Of a DNA stretch of 64,000 bases, positions 1 through 8,518 are shown piece after piece. This stretch comes from Polyangiaceae bacterium (GTDB taxonomy: Bacteria; Myxococcota_A; Polyangia; Polyangiales; Polyangiaceae), in contig JBILLK010000001.1 of the NCBI GenBank assembly GCA_044376115.1, positions 224,001 through 288,000 on the forward strand. The letters run 5' to 3'. How positions within the stretch are numbered: position 1 is the stretch's first letter; each line of letters opens with the position of its first letter. The notes under the pieces were generated by a model. It made no database searches. It was not told the origin of the DNA and saw nothing but the letters and a program-made list of their open reading frames with translations. Made by a program: the position numbers and the translations under genes.

Positions 1-418
1 AGCCCGCGATGAACAGCGTATCTCCGGTGAAGACGGCGTCTCCGATCACGAACGCAACCGCGCCGAGCGTATGACCGGGCACCGAAAGCGCTCGCACCGA
101 AAGGCCGGCTAGCTCGGCGCCACCGCGGTGAGCGAGCGCTCGAGTGAGCCCCGGGATGCGCTCTCGGTCGTGCTCCGAGCCGACGATCTCGAGCTCTGGC
201 ACGGCTCGCTTGAGTTCGAGGTTGCCACCGACATGATCGAAGTGATGATGCGTCGAGAGCACCGCGCGCGCGGTGAGACCGCGCTCTGCGAGCGCTGCGA
301 GCACTGGCGCCGACTCCGACGCATCAACGATCACGGCGTCCGTGCTTCCGAGTTCGTGAACCAGGTAGGCGTAGTTGTCTTGCAGGCAGGGAACAGGGGT
401 AACGATCACTTGGCTCAT
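1..418 (-). CDS. gloB: Hydroxyacylglutathione hydrolase (glyoxalase II), 5' part; runs off the window start
   Basis: Not in the ORF track. Manual translation from ATG at 418 gives MSQVIVTPVPCLQDNYAYLV...LSTHHHFDHVGGN...VPGHTLGAVAFVIGDAVFTGDTLFIAG, with the DNY, THxHxDH, PGHT and FTGDTLF motifs of GloB. Confidence 0.9.
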   Translation of the reverse strand, partial: MSQVIVTPVPCLQDNYAYLVHELGSTDAVIVDASESAPVLAALAERGLTARAVLSTHHHFDHVGGNLELKRAVPELEIVGSEHDRERIPGLTRALAHRGGAELAGLSVRALSVPGHTLGAVAFVIGDAVFTGDTLFIAG

Positions 419-491
419 CGCGGGCTAGTATCGACCAGCTCGGCGCAGTCACCTACTGCCTCCGCGCACGCGGCCGCGTAAAGTAACGGCT

Positions 492-971
492 ATGAACTTC
501 CGACTCTTGGGGCTACTTGCGAGCCTGGGGCTCACGAGCTGCATCGACACCGACACCGCCATCTTCGTCGAACCCTCGATCGAAAACCCAAGCTTGACCG
601 TGGTGGACGGACCCCTCGGTGCGACGCTGGGCGGCTCCTTCGACGTGGTACTTCACCTCGGAGCGCGCGCCTCTGGCCCGAGCGAAACCGAGTTCGTTTC
701 GTTCTCAGTGAAGTCCGCCGATGAATCGGAGGTGCTCGTGGACAACCTGCCGGTCAGCGCCAGCGCGTCCTTGCCGGTCACGGTCGAGCCTGGCGGTGAA
801 GATGTGATCGTCAGCTTCGAGATCGCGCAGGAGGGCGACGTGCTCGATCCCTCGCTCGTCGACGCCCTGTGCGCTGGTAACGTGGTCTTTTCGGTGGTGA
901 TCGAGGACTCGCTCAGCACGACGTCCACCCCCGTCGTTAGCGCACCGCTGCAACCTGCTGGCTGCCTGTAG
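492..971 (+). CDS. Hypothetical lipoprotein
   Basis: 159 aa; signal peptide with lipobox-like LTS-C; acidic beta-rich mature domain. Confidence 0.75.
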   Translation: MNFRLLGLLASLGLTSCIDTDTAIFVEPSIENPSLTVVDGPLGATLGGSFDVVLHLGARASGPSETEFVSFSVKSADESEVLVDNLPVSASASLPVTVEPGGEDVIVSFEIAQEGDVLDPSLVDALCAGNVVFSVVIEDSLSTTSTPVVSAPLQPAGCL

Positions 972-976
972 CCGAT

Positions 977-1519
977 CTACGGCGCGGCTTTGAGCGCAGC
1001 CTCGAGGATGCTGTCGGGCGACGGTCTGTCAGTCACCGACTCACCGACGTAGGCGAACTTCACCTTCTTGTCCTTGCCGATGACAAACACGCTGGGCACG
1101 GCGATGTCATCCCCGTCCATCGCGACGCCGAAGGCCAGCGCCGCTTTGAGCCCTGGATCGGCCAGCAACGGGTACGTGATGCCAAGCTTGCCAGCGAGGC
1201 CCACCGACTCTTCCAGCGTGTCGACGCTGATCGCTACGAGACTCACTCCTGCGCGATCGAAACGAGCGCTCTCTTCTGCCAACTCACCTAGCTGGCTTCT
1301 GCAGAACGTTCACCATTGCCCTCGGTAAAAGACGACCACTGCAGGTCCTTTCGCCAGAAGGTCTTCGAGCGCGACTTCACCACCCAGGTGACTCTTGAGT
1401 CGGAAGGAGGGCGCGACGGCCTGCTCCGCCACTGAGGGCCCGCGCGTCGACAAGCACGCCGAAGAGAGGCCAACCAAGCCTAGAGCGAAAAGAGCCACGC
1501 CCCATGTGCGCCTGTACAT
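977..1519 (-). CDS. Selenocysteine-containing peroxiredoxin-like (AhpC/TSA/redoxin family) lipoprotein, 180 aa with UGA read as Sec at 1312-1310
   Basis: ORFs 1310..1519 and 977..1282 are in the same frame, separated by one TGA. Joined sequence: APSFRLKS...KGPAVVVFYRGQW-U-TFCRSQLGEL...LVAISVD...YPLLADP...AVPSVFVI...DRP, a complete thioredoxin-fold redoxin whose WCxxC is WUxxC. The N-terminus has lipobox LSSA-C. Confidence 0.88.
1274..1309 (-). promoter_or_regulatory. Putative bacterial SECIS element
   Basis: Directly 3' of the UGA: ACG UUCU GCAGAA GCCAGCU-AGGUG-AGUUGGC AGAA. There is a 7-bp upper stem (1296-1290/1284-1278, one G-U), a 5-nt loop with G at position 2, 20 nt from UGA to loop, and optional lower UUCU/AGAA pairing. 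Confidence 0.75.
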
Positions 1520-1643
1520 GGCTCAACGCTATCGCCATACCCCGTGCGCGTCGAGCGACCCCGCGAAATTTGCCTGCAATTTTCGAGGGAATTGCGGCTT
1601 TTGGTGGCCTCCACGCAAGTCGGGGCTATCGTGAGCCCACGCG

Positions 1644-2324
1644 ATGACGACCGAAGAGACCGCCCCCAAGGAGACCGCCCCCAAGAAGACCGCCTTGAAG
1701 AAGAAATCCAAGGAGTCGGACAAAAAGGAGGAGCCGACTTCGAAGGTGCGCAGGCTCGGCCGAGACATCGCCAGCCTGTTGATCTTCCTCGGCGTGGCGC
1801 TCAGCGCTCGAGCCTCCTTGGCGGATCACTACGTCGTGCCCACCGGCTCGATGATCCCGACCGTTCATGAGGGCGATCGCGTGTTCGTCTCCAAGGCGGC
1901 TTACGGCTTTCGCATTCCGCTCTCCGCTACGTGGATTGCTCGTTGGGGCGCGCCGCAGCGCGGTGATGTGGTGGTGCTGCAATCCCCGGTGGAAGACGTG
2001 GTGCTGCTCAAGCGCGTCGTCGCGATCGGCGGGGATGAGGTGCGTGTCGTCAACGGTCACATCTTCCTCAACGGCGTCGAGGCAGAAGCAACGGCCACCG
2101 AGGAGAACCTTGATGGCAAGAAGCACATGGTCTCGCTCAAGGCAGGCGGTGGCCCCGACTTCGGACCGAAGAAAATTCCGGAAGGCCAGGTGCTGGTGAT
2201 GGGTGACAACCGCGGAAACAGCAAGGACGGTCGCATGTTCGGTTTCGTCGACCAATCGGCGGTCCTCGGCCGAGCGGTGTCGATCTATCTGCGTGACGGT
2301 TCTCTCGTGTGGGACAGGCTGTAA
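1644..2324 (+). CDS. lepB: Signal peptidase I
   Basis: One TM helix, then catalytic Ser box (PTGSMIPT), Lys box (LLKRVVA) and GDNRGNSKDGR box. Confidence 0.95.
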   Translation: MTTEETAPKETAPKKTALKKKSKESDKKEEPTSKVRRLGRDIASLLIFLGVALSARASLADHYVVPTGSMIPTVHEGDRVFVSKAAYGFRIPLSATWIARWGAPQRGDVVVLQSPVEDVVLLKRVVAIGGDEVRVVNGHIFLNGVEAEATATEENLDGKKHMVSLKAGGGPDFGPKKIPEGQVLVMGDNRGNSKDGRMFGFVDQSAVLGRAVSIYLRDGSLVWDRL

Positions 2325-2328
2325 CGAG

Positions 2329-5208
2329 TCACTCTGAGCGCCGTTGGCGAAAGGCGAGGCGGCCGAGCGGGGCGAGCTCGGGCAACAGCTCACGGCGCGC
2401 GCGGAAGCCTTCAGTGAGCGGCAGTTGTTCGATTTGGTAGATGAGCTGCGGTTGTTCGGCGCGCGGTAGCCGGGCGATCGCTTCGACCAAACGTTCGGTC
2501 GGGACGAGGTGGCCCGCTACGATCACTGCGGCGACCACCGCCGCACCCTCATGTTCGAGTTTGAACGCTGCCACGCGTTGCAGCTCGGGTAGTTGTGACA
2601 GCGCCGCCTCGACGGCCCGCGTCGACACCATACCGTCTGCAGTCCGCACAAACCCCGCGATATGGTCGACGAGCCACGCGTCACCATCGCTGTCTACACG
2701 CACGATGTCCCCGGTCGCACGGTAGGCATCTCCGGGTCGCCAAACGTTGCGCAGTACGCCTTGCGCTGCTTCATCGGCTGCCACCATCGATAGGAGAACG
2801 CCCGGCTCGTCGACGTCACAACGCACCAAACAGCCGTCGGTGTCACGCAGAAGAGCGCCGTTCTCCACATCGATCTTGACCACGGCGATCGGCGCGCTGC
2901 CTGGCAGTGGCTGGCCCAGCGCGCCGGGCTTTTGCGCCTTGACGTTGGCCATCACCAAGCGCTGGCTGGTCGACGCGTAGAACTCGAGGCTGCGCACACC
3001 GAAGCGCTCTTGCAGCTTCTGCGCGAGGTCGGCGCTCATGCCGCTGCCCGCCACGAGACGCAGCGGCAAACTGCGGTCTCCAGCGCTAGGCTCGCGATGG
3101 AGCAACGGCCGCAACATGTCGCCGGCGTAGAAGGCCACGGTTGCGCCGTAGCGGCGGGTCTCAGCGAGGAACTGCTCGGCGTCGAAGGGCTCCCCCAACG
3201 CGAAGCGCGCACCGCCTGCGAGCGCCGACCCTACGCCCAACAGGATGCCCGAGGGATGGTGCAAGGGGATGCAGGAGTAGACTGTATCCTCGGGCTTGAG
3301 CGTGCATGCGGCGGCGGCGCCCAAGGCTGAGAGCGCCCAGCGGTGGTTGTCGATGGGCGCGCTCCGCAGCGCTCCCGCAGCGTCAGGACGCAGCAGCACC
3401 ATCGCCAAATCCGCGGCTCGGCTTCTGCCGAGCGGAATCGTGGCTGGGATTTTGATCGGCTCGGGATCCACCGTCTCGAGATCCACCGTGCGCGCGCCGA
3501 GCGCCGAGCGCGCGCCGCTGCCGAGCAGCAACACTGGCGCATCCGTGATCGCTTCGGCGAGCTCGAGATGCTCAGCGTCGGCGGTCACGAAGCGAACCTC
3601 CTCGCGCTCGAACGCTGCGCGCAACGAGGCGGGTGAGCTCGAAGGCGGCGCCAAAACGGCCACCGCTCCGAGCCGAGCGAGCGCCGTCACCATGGTCAAG
3701 AAGCTGGGCCGGCTGGCCATCAACACACCGACGCGCTGATTTGGACGAACGCCCTGCGCAAATAGCCCCTTGGTAACGTTGGTCACCCGCGTGTCTGCAG
3801 CGGCGTAGGAGAAGGCTCGACCACGCCAAAGAAAGAAGGTCCCTTCGGGGTCACGCGCGCGCGCCTCGGATAGCGCTGCCGACGGATTGACGATGGTGTC
3901 GGGACCGATCTCCGCCAGACGCCGGAGCCGCGGCTCCTGATAACGAAGCGCGTCGTAGGCATCGCTGGCGGCGGACGCGACCTCGCCAACCCGCTCACCG
4001 AACGCACGCGCTGTGTCACCCAGCGCATCAACGAAGAGCTTGAGCTCCACTTTGGGATCAAAGCCACCGAGCTCTGCCTCTTCCTCCGACACGGCGTTGC
4101 TCGGCGGTGCGACCAAGGCCTGCGGCTTTGGCCCCTGCCCTTCGCGGTAGCGAATCCACTCGGCCACGGTCGGCCAGGTGCGCTTCATCGCCGAAGAACC
4201 AACCACGATGCCGAAGTGCCCCGCTGGAACCGTTACGAACGACACCTCGGCGTGCGGCGCGGCTTTGGAGATCGCGCGGATTGTGGGCGGACGCGCCATG
4301 TCGTCGTGCGCGCCGATGAAGGCCAGCACCGGGCAGCGAATATCCGCCAGCGTCACCGTGCGACCGTGCAGCACGAAACCGCCCGAGAGCATGCGATTGT
4401 GGACGATAAACTGCTCGACGAACTCACGAAAGGCCGGGCCAGGCCAAGCGACGAAGCCTTCCCCGCCTAAGAATCGTCGGCGCGCTTCACGGCGGACCAG
4501 CGCCTGCCGATCATGCAGCTTGGCCAAGAATTCGAGCCGCTGCTCAATCTCTTTTTTGGTGCTTATGACCTTGAACGCCGTGCTCGTGAGCACGCCCGGC
4601 AGACCCGAAATGCCCTTGATCGAGCGCTCGATGATCGGCTCGAACACGCGCACCAACGCAGCGACCGCGTTCTTGTGAATGACCGGCAGGCTCTTGTGCA
4701 GATCAACCGGGCTGCCGAAGGTGACGACCGAACGAACGCCGCTCGATCGAACGAAGGCACAACATTGATAGGCGAACATGCCGCCTTGCGAGTAGCCGAG
4801 CAGATGCACCTCGCGGCCGGTGGTGCGGTTCAAAAAGGAGATCGCCTGGGCGACGGCGAGCACGTGATCATCCAGCGTGCGCGTCATGCCGCCCTCCTCT
4901 CGTTCGGGCGCGCCAAAATCGACTACGTACGGTTGGATGCCGGCCGCACCGAGGCTGCCCACCGCCGAACAATCCGCCTCGATGTCGTAGACCTCGCTGG
5001 TGACCATCAACGGTGGAACCAGCAGCGCAATCGGTGCCTCGCTACGATTGCAGGTCGCATAGCGGCGCAAGCGGAAGTGAGCGCCTTGCTCGACGATCTC
5101 GAACGGCGCGCGATAAGGGTTGCCCAGTCGGCCCGCGCGAATGAGCTCGAGCGCGTTGCGACTCGACGCGAGAGAACGTTGGACCCAACGGCCAGCTGTC
5201 GTTGCCAT
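2329..5208 (-). CDS. Fusion of a PhaC-like alpha/beta hydrolase and an AMP-binding (acyl-CoA synthetase-like) domain; mycobacterial Rv1683-type architecture
   Basis: N-terminal LLVPPLM, lipase box GYSQGG, Asp (HDD) and His (GHFG). C-terminal adenylation-fold motifs IPLHH, EFYAST and ATGDIV. Confidence 0.85.
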   Translation of the reverse strand: MATTAGRWVQRSLASSRNALELIRAGRLGNPYRAPFEIVEQGAHFRLRRYATCNRSEAPIALLVPPLMVTSEVYDIEADCSAVGSLGAAGIQPYVVDFGAPEREEGGMTRTLDDHVLAVAQAISFLNRTTGREVHLLGYSQGGMFAYQCCAFVRSSGVRSVVTFGSPVDLHKSLPVIHKNAVAALVRVFEPIIERSIKGISGLPGVLTSTAFKVISTKKEIEQRLEFLAKLHDRQALVRREARRRFLGGEGFVAWPGPAFREFVEQFIVHNRMLSGGFVLHGRTVTLADIRCPVLAFIGAHDDMARPPTIRAISKAAPHAEVSFVTVPAGHFGIVVGSSAMKRTWPTVAEWIRYREGQGPKPQALVAPPSNAVSEEEAELGGFDPKVELKLFVDALGDTARAFGERVGEVASAASDAYDALRYQEPRLRRLAEIGPDTIVNPSAALSEARARDPEGTFFLWRGRAFSYAAADTRVTNVTKGLFAQGVRPNQRVGVLMASRPSFLTMVTALARLGAVAVLAPPSSSPASLRAAFEREEVRFVTADAEHLELAEAITDAPVLLLGSGARSALGARTVDLETVDPEPIKIPATIPLGRSRAADLAMVLLRPDAAGALRSAPIDNHRWALSALGAAAACTLKPEDTVYSCIPLHHPSGILLGVGSALAGGARFALGEPFDAEQFLAETRRYGATVAFYAGDMLRPLLHREPSAGDRSLPLRLVAGSGMSADLAQKLQERFGVRSLEFYASTSQRLVMANVKAQKPGALGQPLPGSAPIAVVKIDVENGALLRDTDGCLVRCDVDEPGVLLSMVAADEAAQGVLRNVWRPGDAYRATGDIVRVDSDGDAWLVDHIAGFVRTADGMVSTRAVEAALSQLPELQRVAAFKLEHEGAAVVAAVIVAGHLVPTERLVEAIARLPRAEQPQLIYQIEQLPLTEGFRARRELLPELAPLGRLAFRQRRSE

Positions 5209-5220
5209 GCGAGCGGCAGG

Positions 5221-6399
5221 TTACCCGATCGGCTCGGGGGTGAGCTCAACCAGCGTTATCTCGGCGGGCGCCCCCACCCTCATCGGTGGTCCCCAGTAGC
5301 CGGTGCCACAGCTGGTGTAGAGCTGGGTCGCCCCGAGTCGCTCAAGCCCGGCGACAAAGCCCTGTTCGAGCTTTACGAAGTAGCCCCAGGGAAAAAACTG
5401 TCCGCCGTGGGTGTGCCCCGAGAGCTGCAGACCCACACCGCGTTTGGCGGCCTCCGGCGCCTGTTTGGGTTGATGGGCGAGCAACACCGTCGCGAGCGCT
5501 GGGTCGACCCCAGCGAGTGCCTTGTCGAGATCTGCACCGTGGCCATTGCCAAACTGATGTGCCTTGTAGTCGTCCACACCGGCGAGGGCGAAGCGAGCCT
5601 CCCCTTGTTCGATCAGCACGTGTTCGTTGCGCAGCGCTTTGATCCCGAGCCGCTCGAGTTCAGCGAGCCACGCATCGACCCCCGAGTAGTACTCGTGATT
5701 GCCAGTCACGAAGAACACCCCGTGTTTGGCCTTGAGTTCAGCCAGCGGCGCTACGTGCGACCCCAACTCGGCGACCGAACCGTCGACGAGATCACCGGTG
5801 ATCGCCACGAGATCGGGCTCGAGCTCATTGACCTGTCGCACCACCTCGGCGAGCCAACGTCCATCGATCGTCGGCCCGATATGGACGTCGGTCAGCTGCA
5901 CGATCTTGAAGCCGCTCATCGAGGCCGGGAGCTTCGCCAGTGCGACCTTCACCCGCTTGACCTGCACCGCCGCAAGCACCTGGGCCAAGCCAAAGCTGCC
6001 CATCCCCACCGCGTAGGCAGCTACGAAGCCGAGCAACGTTCGCGAGAGAAAGGTCCTGCGTGAAGGGTCGGTCGGCACGACGTTGGCTGCGGAGAGCAGC
6101 CCATACACGCCACGCGGTAGCTCCGAGAAGAGCGTCCCGAAGAAGAGGAAGATGATCAGCCCCATCCAGCTGTAGGTGGCGAAGGCGATCCAACTCCCTA
6201 CCTCGCGCGGGAGACGCTGGCTGAGCACGACGCCAACCGGTAACAGCAATGCGCTGAGGCCGAACACCCAGGCGCCGACGCGACGTAGCAGCTCGATCTC
6301 CGGTGCGCGGGCCAAACGCGAGAACAGGTAGTAATGCACACCGCCCATCACCAACGTGATGACGCACAAGAAAATCACGAACTGCTGCCACGACCGCAT
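5221..6399 (-). CDS. Membrane-bound metallophosphoesterase (YkuE/YaeI-like)
   Basis: N-terminal TM helices; motifs DVH, GDLVD, GNHE, LAHQP and GHTHGGQ. Confidence 0.93.
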   Translation of the reverse strand: MRSWQQFVIFLCVITLVMGGVHYYLFSRLARAPEIELLRRVGAWVFGLSALLLPVGVVLSQRLPREVGSWIAFATYSWMGLIIFLFFGTLFSELPRGVYGLLSAANVVPTDPSRRTFLSRTLLGFVAAYAVGMGSFGLAQVLAAVQVKRVKVALAKLPASMSGFKIVQLTDVHIGPTIDGRWLAEVVRQVNELEPDLVAITGDLVDGSVAELGSHVAPLAELKAKHGVFFVTGNHEYYSGVDAWLAELERLGIKALRNEHVLIEQGEARFALAGVDDYKAHQFGNGHGADLDKALAGVDPALATVLLAHQPKQAPEAAKRGVGLQLSGHTHGGQFFPWGYFVKLEQGFVAGLERLGATQLYTSCGTGYWGPPMRVGAPAEITLVELTPEPIG

Positions 6400-6420
6400 G
6401 GTCGGGACTTTGACCGCTCC

Positions 6421-6945
6421 TTAGTTGAGCCGCAACATGCGTCCAACGAGACGGAAGAGACCTCGGGACGCGGCGCTTATGCGGCTTCCGACGAGATCGA
6501 TCTCGCCGTCTTCGCGGAGCCGCAACGCGGACTTACCACTTCTAAACACAACTTCTCGCTCCGCCTCGATCTCCACCGTCTCTGCCGTAATCTTCAGCTT
6601 CTCTGGGCGCCGACACTGCAGCACCCCCACCACGCTGAGCTCCCCACGTTCATCCGGCTCGACCATCACGCGATCACCGTTCTCGAGCGCGGCTTGCACC
6701 ACCACCGCGTCGACCTCCGCGTCGATCTCTACGTCAATGGGCGAATCTTCACCGCGTAGGACGACGGTGGCACGCCGACCAAAGGTATCCACTAAGCGAG
6801 CCGAGCGCATGCCCAAGCCGATGCGGGCTGGCGCTGCTGCGGGTAGGAACTCCTCCAGCGCCTTTTCCTGCGGCTCCACGGGCTGCAGCTCTTCGGCTGG
6901 GGCGGCCGCCTTGCCGTTGGCTTCATCAGCATCAGACCGGTTCAT
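6421..6945 (-). CDS. Hypothetical protein, DUF6484-like
   Basis: C-terminal IEAEREVVFRSGKSALRLREDGEIDLVGSRISAASRGLFRLVGRMLRLN resembles the beta-strand repeat tail ending in 'xN' of DUF6484/VgrG-tip-like proteins. Confidence 0.6.
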   Translation of the reverse strand: MNRSDADEANGKAAAPAEELQPVEPQEKALEEFLPAAAPARIGLGMRSARLVDTFGRRATVVLRGEDSPIDVEIDAEVDAVVVQAALENGDRVMVEPDERGELSVVGVLQCRRPEKLKITAETVEIEAEREVVFRSGKSALRLREDGEIDLVGSRISAASRGLFRLVGRMLRLN

Positions 6946-7817
6946 TGGCAGGCCTCACTCAGTTCGCCAGGACAGGAGGTGTTTTCACAGGTTTGCAAGA
7001 TAGGCAAGCTGCGACATACGCCTTCCTCGGCGTCGCAGACGAGGGGAAAGACGCACAAGAGCGGTGTGTCGATGCAGCTGCCGCCTTCACCGATGGCGAC
7101 CTGACACACGACTTCGCCAGTTTCATTTTCTGCGCAGGCGTACCCCGGCTCGCACCCGTCCGGCGTGTGACACACCTCGTTCGCCTTGCTCGGGGGTCGA
7201 CATAGCCACGGGCCTGATGAACTCTCGACCGAGAGCCCGCACACGTGACCCTGCTCACAATTGCCGTAAACGCCGGCCTCACCCCGACATTCCTCACCCG
7301 GGGCGGTGGGCACGAACCAGACGCAGGTTGGCGTTGGTTCCGAGTCGTAAAGACAGAAGCGCGTTCCTTGCAGTGGCGATTTGCAGTCGTAGACGCCATC
7401 GCACGACTCTCCGGGGTTCTTTAGGCCGTCAGGGATGTCGGAAAACAACGTTGGGCAAACCTCTTGAAGGTCATGCGGCAGACGCAGCTCGGCGCAAGAA
7501 TCCGCGGCCCGGTAGCTGGAGAGGCACGCGGCGGCGTCTTTCATATCCACCGTGCGGTGCTCTTCCTCCGCCTCGATGAACGCAATGTAGGCCTCATTGC
7601 GCATCTTACGCCTGCATTCGTCGGTTGGCTTTGGCAGCGAAAGATCCGAGCAACACGGTGCAACACGAGAACAGATGATGTCGGCGAGCTCCAAGGAGAA
7701 CTCCTGACGCGCGTTCTCTTCCACGGGCTCCGTCTCGGGCGCACAAGCTAGGAGCCCAAAGCCGAGCGCGAGCGACGACGAGCCCGCAGCCCGGATGCCG
7801 ATGCTTGAGCGCGCCAT
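6942..7817 (-). CDS. Cys-rich lipoprotein
   Basis: Likely start ATG 7817 (MARSS...); lipobox LLA-C; repeated GExC...C modules; stop overlaps the next ATG (ATGA). Confidence 0.75.
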   Translation of the reverse strand: MARSSIGIRAAGSSSLALGFGLLACAPETEPVEENARQEFSLELADIICSRVAPCCSDLSLPKPTDECRRKMRNEAYIAFIEAEEEHRTVDMKDAAACLSSYRAADSCAELRLPHDLQEVCPTLFSDIPDGLKNPGESCDGVYDCKSPLQGTRFCLYDSEPTPTCVWFVPTAPGEECRGEAGVYGNCEQGHVCGLSVESSSGPWLCRPPSKANEVCHTPDGCEPGYACAENETGEVVCQVAIGEGGSCIDTPLLCVFPLVCDAEEGVCRSLPILQTCENTSCPGELSEACQ

Positions 7818-7909
7818 GCCGGAGATTGTCCGGGCCCCAGCGAGCTGAGTCAACGACCGATTCCTTCGTGCTTGGCGCGCGAGTTCGGGTTGCATACCGT
7901 GGGCGCGTG

Positions 7910-8497
7910 ATGGCCAAAGTAGGCGACAAGATCCCCCCGTTTGAACTGCCGACCGATGACGGCGCCACCTTCAAGTTTCCCACCGGTGGCACGACCGTCG
8001 TTTACTTCTACCCGCGCGACAACACGCCGGGTTGCACCCGCGAAGCGATCGATTTCTCGGCTCATCGTGCGGCCTTCGACAAGGCCGGCGTGAAGGTTGT
8101 TGGCGTTAGCAAAGACAGCCCCAAGAGCCACGCTGGTTTTCGTGAGAAGCACAAGCTCACGATCCAACTCGTGTCTGACGTCGAGCTTGTGGTGCACCGG
8201 ATCTTCGGCGCATTTGGCGAGAAGGTGATGTACGGCAAGAAGGTCGAAGGCACCATTCGCTCAACCTTCCTGCTCGACGGCGCGGGAGTGATTTCTGCGG
8301 TGTGGCCGTCGGTGAAGGTGGATGGCCACGCAGAAGCGGTGCTGCGCGCTGTGACGGGAGAAGCACCTACCGCGAAGAAGCCCGCCGCCGCGAAGAAGCC
8401 TGCCGCTGCGAAGAAGCCTGCCGCTGCGAAGAAGCCCGCCGCTGCGAAGAAACCCGCCGCTGCGAAGAAGCCCGCCGCGAAGAAGCCCGCCAAGTAG
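7910..8497 (+). CDS. bcp: Peroxiredoxin, BCP/PrxQ family, with C-terminal Lys/Ala/Pro repeat tail
   Basis: FYPRDNTPGCTREA peroxidatic motif; MYGKKVEGTIRSTFL and VKVDGHA motifs; start ATG 7910. Confidence 0.92.
   Translation: MAKVGDKIPPFELPTDDGATFKFPTGGTTVVYFYPRDNTPGCTREAIDFSAHRAAFDKAGVKVVGVSKDSPKSHAGFREKHKLTIQLVSDVELVVHRIFGAFGEKVMYGKKVEGTIRSTFLLDGAGVISAVWPSVKVDGHAEAVLRAVTGEAPTAKKPAAAKKPAAAKKPAAAKKPAAAKKPAAAKKPAAKKPAK
8372..8494 (+). repeat. 18-bp coding tandem repeat, about 7 units, encoding (AKKPAA)n
   Basis: GCGAAGAAGCC(C/T)GCCGC(C/T) units with synonymous variation; one unit is 15 bp. Confidence 0.95.
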
Positions 8498-8518
8498 CTC
8501 CCGCTACGATCTGAGCGA

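Noticed and set aside
977..1519. Pseudogene or two separate small genes
   Set aside because: The only interruption is a TGA at the catalytic Cys column followed by a SECIS-like hairpin; both halves are otherwise intact.
4513..6063. Long 516-aa plus-strand ORF
   Set aside because: Antisense shadow of two well-supported minus-strand genes; such shadows are typical of high-GC codon bias.
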